Shown: positions 11,317 through 20,300 of the stretch, one piece after another
Position numbering within the stretch: position 1 is the stretch's first letter
Layout of the letters: every line of letters starts with the position of its first letter
NCBI RefSeq assembly: GCF_053078305.1
Contig: NZ_CP166879.1
Direction: 5' to 3' (one strand)
DNA length: 64,000 nucleotides
Position numbers and translations under genes: made by a program
Notes under the pieces: generated by a model
Seen by the model: only the letters and a program-made list of their open reading frames with translations
Told to the model about the DNA's origin: nothing
The model's database searches: none

Positions 11317-14300
11317 ATGGCAGGGAAAGCGCATGGGAATGGCGATCGTCGGGGCGATAACACCATATGTGGATTGGGGGATCGTTTACGTCGTCTGACC
11401 GCCGGTATTTGCCTGATAACACAAACTATATTCCCTGTTATGGCCGCTGCCCCTACGCATATTAACCATGCGCATTCGGATACTGCCACGTCCCTGATCC
11501 TGCCGAACGTTAAAACTATTCCATATACCCTGGGGGCATTGGAATCGCCATCAACGGTCGCGGCACGCTTTGGTATCACCGTTGATGAATTACGTCGCCT
11601 GAATCAGTTTCGTACCTTTGCGCGGGGCTTTGACAATGTGCGTCAGGGCGATGAAATAGATGTGCCCCTCATTAACAGTAATAGCCCTGAAGCGCGCAAC
11701 CTGAAAGCAATGCAGATGGAGCGCGACGGCAAAGATCCGCAAATGCAGGTCGCGGAAGTGGCGCAGCAAAGCGGAACACTTTTAGCTCGCGATATGGACA
11801 GCGAACAGGCGGCGAGTATGGCGCGTGGCTGGGTGGCTTCTTCTGCATCTGCGCAGGCAACGGACTGGCTCAGTCGTTGGGGAACTGCCCGGGTATCTCT
11901 TGGTGTGGATGAAGATTTCAGCCTTAAAAGCTCTTCATTCGAATTTCTCCATCCCTGGTACGAAACGCCGGATAACCTGGTCTTCAGCCAGCACACACTT
12001 CACCGTACGGATGATCGCACTCAAACCAACCACGGTATCGGCTGGCGTTATTTCACCCCGAGCTGGATGTCTGGCGTCAATATGTTTATCGATCATGACC
12101 TGACCCGCTATCACACCCGAACCGGGATAGGCGTTGAATACTGGCGCGATTACCTGAAACTGAGCGGCAACGGTTATCTGCGCCTGAGTAACTGGCGTAG
12201 TGCACCGGAACTCGACCATGACTATGAAGCACGTCCAGCGAACGGTTGGGATCTTCGCGCCGAAGGCTGGTTACCGGCCTGGCCGCAGCTGGGCGGCAAG
12301 CTGGTCTATGAACAATATTATGGCGATGAAGTGGCGCTGTTTGGTAAAGACGAGCGACAAAATGATCCTCACGCGATTACCGCAGGTTTGAGTTACACCC
12401 CCGTTCCCTTAATCTCCTTTAGTGCCGAGCAACGGCAGGGCAAACAGGGAGAAAACGACACCCGAATTGGTATGGAGTTGACGTTGCAACCTGGTCATTC
12501 ACTGCAAAAACAGCTCGATCCAGCTGAAGTTGCAGCTCGGCGCAGCCTTGTGGGTAGTCGCTATGACCTGGTCGATCGTAATAACAATATCGTCCTCGAA
12601 TATCGCAAGAAAGAGCTGGTGCGGCTGACGCTGACCGATCCGTTGAAAGGCAAGCCGGGTGAGGTTAAATCGCTGGTTTCTTCCTTACAAACCAAATATG
12701 CGCTGAAAGGTTATGACATTGAAGCCGCCTCCCTGCAATCAGCGGGCGGAAAAGTAGCTGTTTCCGGCAAGGATATTCAGGTCACTATTCCTCCCTACCG
12801 ATTCACGGCAATGCCTGAAACCGACAACACTTACCCGATAGCGGTTACAGCGGAAGATTCGAAAGGAAATTTCTCCCGGCGTGAAGAAAGTATGGTGGTC
12901 GTGGAAAAACCCACATTAAGCCTCGCCGATTCAACGCTTTCTGTCGATCTGCAAATCCTGCTTGCTGATGGAAAATCAACCTCAATGCTGACCTATACCG
13001 CGCGAGATTCCAGCGGCAAGCCAATCCCAGGTATGACGTTAAAAACACAGGTGAAAGGTTTGCAGGATTTCGCCTTAAGCGAATGGAAAGACAACGGTAA
13101 CGGAACCTATACCCAAATAGTTACCGCCGGGAAGACGTCTGGCGCGTTATCGCTGATGCCGCAATTTAACGGCGACGATATCGCTAAGACGCCAGCGCTG
13201 ATTGCTATCGTGGCGAATACGGCATCCCGCGCTGACTCCACGATTGAGACAGACCAGGATAATTACGTCGCGGGTAAGCCGATAGTCGTTAAAGTGACCC
13301 TGAGAGATGATAACGGCAACGGGGTTACCGGACGAAAAGAACTTCTCAAACAAACCGTTAAAGTAGACAACACGAAGGCTGATGCCGTTAGTGCCTGGAC
13401 GGAAGAAAGTGAGGGAATTTACAAAGCAAGCTATACGGCCCATCTCATTGGCGACAAATTAACGGCCCAGCTGACGATGCCCGGCTGGCAAACCAAACAT
13501 TCGGATGCGTTCAGTATTGCGGGTGATAAAGATACCGCCAAAATCGCTGCGATGCAGATCACCGCGAATAACGCAGTTGCCAGACGCGATCACAATACCG
13601 TCGCTGTGACGGTCAGGGATGTGCATCAAAATTTACTGCAGGGACAAAATGTTACCTTCACGGTCGTGAATGGTGCGGCGGTTTTTGCCGATCCGAATGG
13701 CGGTATTGTGACGACAGATAAAGACGGGATAGCCAGCGTTAACCTTGCCAGTGACCAGGCGGTAAACAGTCTTATCAAGGCCGAGATCAATGGCAGTAGT
13801 CAGTCTGTGGAAGTGAGCTTTATCACTGGCGATATCTCGCAGCTGACCTCCACCATCAAGACGGACGATGTGTCATACACTGCGGGTGGCAAGATAAAAG
13901 TGTCCGTCACCCTTATGGATGAGCAGAAAAACCTGGTGAAAGGGATGGCTTCGCTGCTGGCGGGTAGCGGTGTGGTCGAGGTGAGCGGTACAGATAAAAA
14001 TGAAACGGGTAACTGGAGCGAAGAGTCTGACGGCGTTTACACCACCACCCGAACCGCGAAGATTGCTGGCGATCGCCATTACGCCACGCTGAAACTATCG
14101 ACATGGAGTAGCGCGCAGCAATCCGATGCGTATGCCATCCGCGAAAGCGGAGCTGTGCTGGCTTATTCCTCCATCGTTACCGACAAAACGACCTACACCG
14201 CGGGCGGCGTGATAAAAGTTACGGTAACACTCAAGGATAGCTATGAAAACCTGGTCGGGGGGCAACGAGACGCTATCAACCTGGCTATCCAGCTGCCAAA

Positions 14301-17300
14301 TACAAAAGCGGAAAGCATCGCCTGGAATGAAGATCAAAAAGGAATTTATACCGCAACGTATACCGCCTTACTCCCTGGCACCGGTTTAAAAGCACAGCTA
14401 CAGATGTCCGACTGGGCGAGCGCTCTGACTTCAAATGATTACAGTATTAGTGGCGATGCCGCCAGCGCACAAATTGTCGCGATGCAAGTGACAACGGGTA
14501 ACCCGGATGTGCTGGCGAATGGCAGCGATCGACATACGGTGAATGTCCGGGTGGAAGATCAGTTTGGCAATGTGCTGCCGGAGCAGACCGTCACCTTTAC
14601 GGTGACGAAGGGGGCGGCTGTATTTGCCAATGCAGGGCAGAGCGCAGATATCAGGACGGATGCGCATGGTATGGCAGAGGTTGATCTGAGCAGTACCGTA
14701 GCGGATGCCAGCACTGTTGAGGCTAAGGTCAATCAAAGCAGCGATAGTAAAACGGTGAACTTTGTTGCTGATGTCAGCACGGCGCAGATCGCTGATCTGG
14801 TGGTCATTAAGGATGGCTCAGTGGCAGACGGTTCGACGGCGAACACGCTGCGGGTGAGGGTGACGGATGCGTTCGGTAATGCGCTGGACGGGCAGACGGT
14901 CAGCGTGTTGGCGGACAACAGCGCAACGGTCGCTCCGACGGTTATCACCGAGCCGGACGGGACGGTGGAGATCTCTGTTACCAGCCAGACGGCGGGAGTC
15001 AGTGCGGTCACCGCCAGTATCAACAACAGCAGCCTGAGCCGGAACGTGACGTTTGTTGCCGATGTCAGGACGGCGAAGATCGCTGATCTGGTGGTGATGC
15101 AGGACGGCTCAGTGGCAGATGGCACGACGGCGAACACGCTGCGGGCGAGGGTGACCGATGCGTTCGGCAATGCGCTTGCCGGGCAGACGGTCAGCGTGAC
15201 TGCAGGCAACAGCGCAACGGTCGCTTCGACAGTGACCACAAAGCCGGACGGCACGGTGGAGATCAGTGTCACCAGCCAGACGGCGGGAGTCAGTACTGTC
15301 ACCGCCAGCATCAACAGCAGCAGTCAGAGCCGGGATGTGACGTTTGTCGCTGATGTCAGGACGGCGAAGATCGCGGACCTGGTGGTCACCCGGGATAACT
15401 CAGTGGCAGACGCTTCGACGGCGAATACGCTGCAGGTGAAGGTCACCGATGCTAACGGTAATACGCTTGCCGGGCAGACGGTCAGCGTGACTGCAGGCAA
15501 CAGCGCAACGGTCGCTTCGACGGTGACCACAAAGCCGGACGGGACGGTGGAGATCAGTGTCACCAGTCAGACGGCGGGGAGCAGTACTGTCACTGCCAGC
15601 ATCAACAGCAGCAGCCTGAGCCGGAACGTGACGTTTATTGCGGATGTCAGGACGGCGCAGATCGCGGATCTGGTGGTCATTAAGGATGGTTCAGAGGCGG
15701 ACGGTGCGACGGCGAACACGCTGCGGGCGAGGGTGACCGATGCGTTCGGGAATGCGCTTGCCGGGCAGACGGTCAGCGTGTTGGCGGACAACGGCGCAAC
15801 GGTCGCTTCGACGGTCACCACAGGGCCGGACGGCACGGTGGAGATTTCTGTCATCAGCCAGACAGCCGGAATCAGTGCGGTCACTGCCAGCATCAACAGC
15901 AGCAGTCAGAGCCGGGACGTGACATTTATCGCCGATGTCAGGACGGCGCAGATCGCGGAGCTGGTGGTTATTAAGGATGGTTCAGAGGCAGACGGTGCGA
16001 CGGCGAACACGCTGCAGGTGAAGGTCACCGATGCTAACGGCAATGCGCTTGCCGGGCAGACGGTCAGCGTGTTGGCGGACAACGGCGCAACGACTGCCCC
16101 GACGGTTATCACCGAGCCGGACGGTAAGGTGGAGATCTCTGTTACCAGTCAGACGGCGGGAGTCAGTGCAGTCACTGCCAGCATCAACAACAGCACCCTG
16201 AGCCAGAACGTGATGTTTATCGCCGATATCAGGACGGCGCAGATCGCGGAGCTGGTGGTTATTAAGGATGGTTCAGAGGCAGACGGTGCGACGGCGAATA
16301 CGCTGCAGGTGAAGGTCACCGATGCTAACGGCAATGCGCTTGCCGGGCAGACGGTCAGCGTGTTGGCGGATAACGGCGCAACGGTCGCTTCGACGATGAC
16401 CACAAAGCCGGATGGCACGGTGGAAATCAGTGTCACCAGCCAGACGGCGGGCACCAGTTCGGTCACCGCCAGCATCAACAACAGCAGTCAGAGCCGGGAT
16501 GTGACATTTATCGCGGATGTCAGGACGGCGCAGATCGCGGACCTGGAGGTCATTAAGGATGGTTCAGAGGCGGACGGTTCGACGGCGAACGCGCTGCGTG
16601 CGAGGGTGACCGATGCGTTCGGTAATACGCTTGCCGGGCAGACGGTCAGCGTGTTGGCGGACAACGGCGCAACGGTCACTCCGACGGTCATCACAGGGCC
16701 GGACGGCACGGTGGAGATCTCTGTCACCAGTCAGACAGCCGGAATCAGTGCGGTCACTGCCAGCATCAACAGCAGCAGTCAGAGCCGGGACGTGACATTT
16801 ATCGCCGATGTCAGGACGGCGCAGATCGCGGATCTGGTGGTCATTAAGGATGGTTCAGAGGCGGACGGTTCGACGGCGAACACGCTGCGGGCGAGGGTAA
16901 CCGATGCGTTCGGTAATGCGCTTGCCGGGCAGACGGTGAGCGTGTTGGCGGATAACGGCGCAACGGTCGCTCCGACGGTCATCACAGGGCCGGACGGTAC
17001 GGTGGAGATCAGTCTCACCAGCCAGACGGCGGGCACCAGTGTGGTCACTGTCAGCATCAACAACAGTAGCCTGAGCCAGAGCGTGACATTTATTGCCGAT
17101 GTCAGGACGGCGAAGATCGCGGATCTGGTGGTCATTAAGGACGGCTCAGTGGCAGATGGCGCGACGGCGAACACGCTGCGGGTGAGGGTCACCGATGCGT
17201 TCGGTAATACGCTTGCCGGGCAGACGGTCAGCGTGACGGCAGGCAACAGTGCAATGGTCGCTTCGACTGTCATCACAGGGCCGGACGGCACGGTGGAGAT

Positions 17301-20300
17301 CTCAGTCACCAGCCAGACCGCCGGAACCAGTACAGTCACCGCCAGCATCAACAACAGCAGCCAGAGCCGAAACGTGACGTTTACTGCCGATGTCAGGACG
17401 GCGCAGATCGCGGAGCTGGAAGTGACACAGGATAACGCAGTAGCAGACGGCGCAATGGCGAATATGCTGCGGGCGAGGGTGACCGATGCGTTCGGTAATA
17501 CGCTTGCCGGGCAGACGGTCAGCGTGACGGCAGGCAACGGCGCAACGGTCACTCCGACGGTGACCACGCAGCCGGACGGCACGGTGGAGATCTCTGTCAC
17601 CAGTCAGACAGCCGGAATCAGTGCGGTCACTGCCAGCATCAACAGCAGCAGTCAGAGCCAGAGCGTGACGTTTGTCGCCGATATCAGGACGGCGCAGATC
17701 GCGGATCTGGTGGTCATTAAGGATGGTTCAGAGGCGGACGGTTCGACGGCGAACACGCTGCGGGTGAGGGTGACGGATGCGTTCGGTAATGCGCTGGACG
17801 GGCAGACGGTCAGCGTGTTGGCAGGCAACGGCGCAACGGTGTCTCCGACGGTCATCACAGGCCCGGACGGCACGGTGGAGATCTCTGTCACCAGCCAGAC
17901 GGCGGGGATCAGTGCAGTCACTGCAACCATCAACAGCAGCAGCCAGAGCCGGAACGTGACGTTTATCGCCGATGTCAGGACGGCGCAGATCACGGTGCTG
18001 GAAGTGACGCAGGATAACGCAGTAGCAGACGGCGCAATGGCGAATACGTTGCGGGTGAGGGTGACCGATGCGTTCGGCAATGCGCTTGCCGGGCAGACGG
18101 TCAGCGTGTTGACGGACAACGGCGCAACGACTGCCCCGACGGTGATCACAGAGCCGGACGGCACGGTGGAAATCAGTGTCACCAGCCAGACGGCGGGGAT
18201 CAGTACTGTCACTGCTAGCATCAACAACAGCAGCCTGAGCCAGAGCGTGATGTTTATCGCCGATATCAGGACGGCGCAGATCGCGGATCTGGTGGTCATT
18301 AAGGACGGCTCAGAGGCGGACGGGGCGACGGCGAACACGCTGCGGGCGAGGGTGACCGATGCGTTCGGTAATACGCTTGCCGGACAGACGGTCAGCGTGT
18401 TGGCGGACAACGGTGCAACAGTTGCCCCGACGGTGATCACAGAGCCGGACGGCACGGTGGCGATCTCTGTCACCAGCCAGACTGCCGGAATCAGTGCGGT
18501 CACCGCCAGCATCAACAGCAGCAACGCGAGCAGGAACGTGATGTTTATCGCCGATATCAGGACGGCGCAGATCGCGGATCTGGGGGTTATTAAGGACGGC
18601 TCAGTGGCAGACGGTTCGACGGCGAACACGCTGCGGGCGAGGGTCACCGATGCGTTCGGGAATGCGCTTGCCGGGCAGACGGTCAGCGTGTTGGCGGACA
18701 ACAGCGCAACGGTTGCCCCGACGGTGATTACAGAGCCGGACGGTATGGTGGAGATCCCTGTCACCAGCCAGACGGCAGGAATCAGTGTGGTCACCGCCAG
18801 CATCAACAGCAGCAGTCAAAGCCGGGATGTGACGTTTATCGCCGATATCAGGACGGCGCAGATCGCGGACCTGGTGGTCATTAAGGACGGCTCAGTGGCT
18901 GACGGCGCAATGGCGAATATGCTGCGGGCAAGGGTGACCGATGCGTTCGGTAATGCGCTGAATGGACAGACGGTCAGCGTGACGGCAGGCAACGGCGCAA
19001 CGGTCACTCCGACGGTCACCACGCAGCCGGACGGCACGGTGGAGATCCCTGTCACCAGCCAGACGGCAGGCACCACTGCGGTCACTGCCAACATTAACAG
19101 CAGCAGCCAGAGCCGGAACGTCACGTTTATTGCGGATGTCAGGACGGCGAAGATCGCTGATCTGGTAGTCACCCGGGATAACTCAGTGGCAGACGGTGCA
19201 ATGGCGAATACGCTGCAAGTGAAGGTCACCGATGCATTCGGGAATGCGCTGAATGGGCAGACGGTCAGCGTATCGACAGACAACAGCGCAATGGTCACTC
19301 CGACGGTGACCACGCAGCCGGATGGCACGGTGGAGATCAGTGTCACCAGTCAGACGGCGGGGATCAGTACAGTCACTGCCAGCATCAACAGCAGCAGCCA
19401 GAGCCGGGATGTGACGTTTATCGCCGATGTCAGAACGGCGCAGATCGCGAGTCTGGAGGTGACGCAGGATAACGCCGTGGCTGACGGCGCAATGGCGGAT
19501 ATGCTGCGGGCGAGGGTCACCGATGCGTTCGGCAATGCGCTTGGCGGACAGACGGTCAGCGTGACGGCAGGCAACGGCGCAACGGTTGCCCCGACGGTGA
19601 TCACAGAGCCGGACGGCACGGCGGAGATCAGTGTCACCAGCCAGACGGCGGGAGTCAGTGCAGTCACCGCCAGCATCAACAGCAGCAGCCAGAGCCGGGA
19701 TGTGACGTTTATCGCCGATGTCAGGACGGCGAAGATCGCGGATCTGGTGGTCATTAAGGACGGCTCAGTGGCAGACGGCGCAATGGCGAACACGCTGCAG
19801 GTGAAGGTCACCGATGCTAACGGCAATGTGCTTGCCGGGCAGACGGTCAGCGTGTTCGCAGGCAACGGTGCCACGACTGCTCCGACGGTCACCACGCAGC
19901 CGGACGGCACGGTGGAGATCTCTGTCACCAGCCAGACGGCAGGCACCAGTGCGGTCACTGCCAGCATTAACAGCAGCAGCCAGAGCCGGGATGTGACGTT
20001 TATCGCCGATGTCAGAACGGCGAAGATCGCTGATCTGGTGGTCATTAAGGACGGCTCAGTGGCTGACGGCGCAATGGCGAACATGCTGCAGGTAAAGGTT
20101 ACCGATGCTAACGGCAATGTGCTTGCCGGGCAGACGGTCAGCATGATGGCAGGCAACGGTGCAACGGTTGCCCCGACGGTGATTACAGAGCCGGACGGTA
20201 CGGTGGAGATCCCTGTCACCAGCCAGACGGCGGGAGCCAGTGCGGTCACCGCCAGTATCAACAGCAGCAACGCGAGCCGGAACGTGACGTTTGTTGCCGA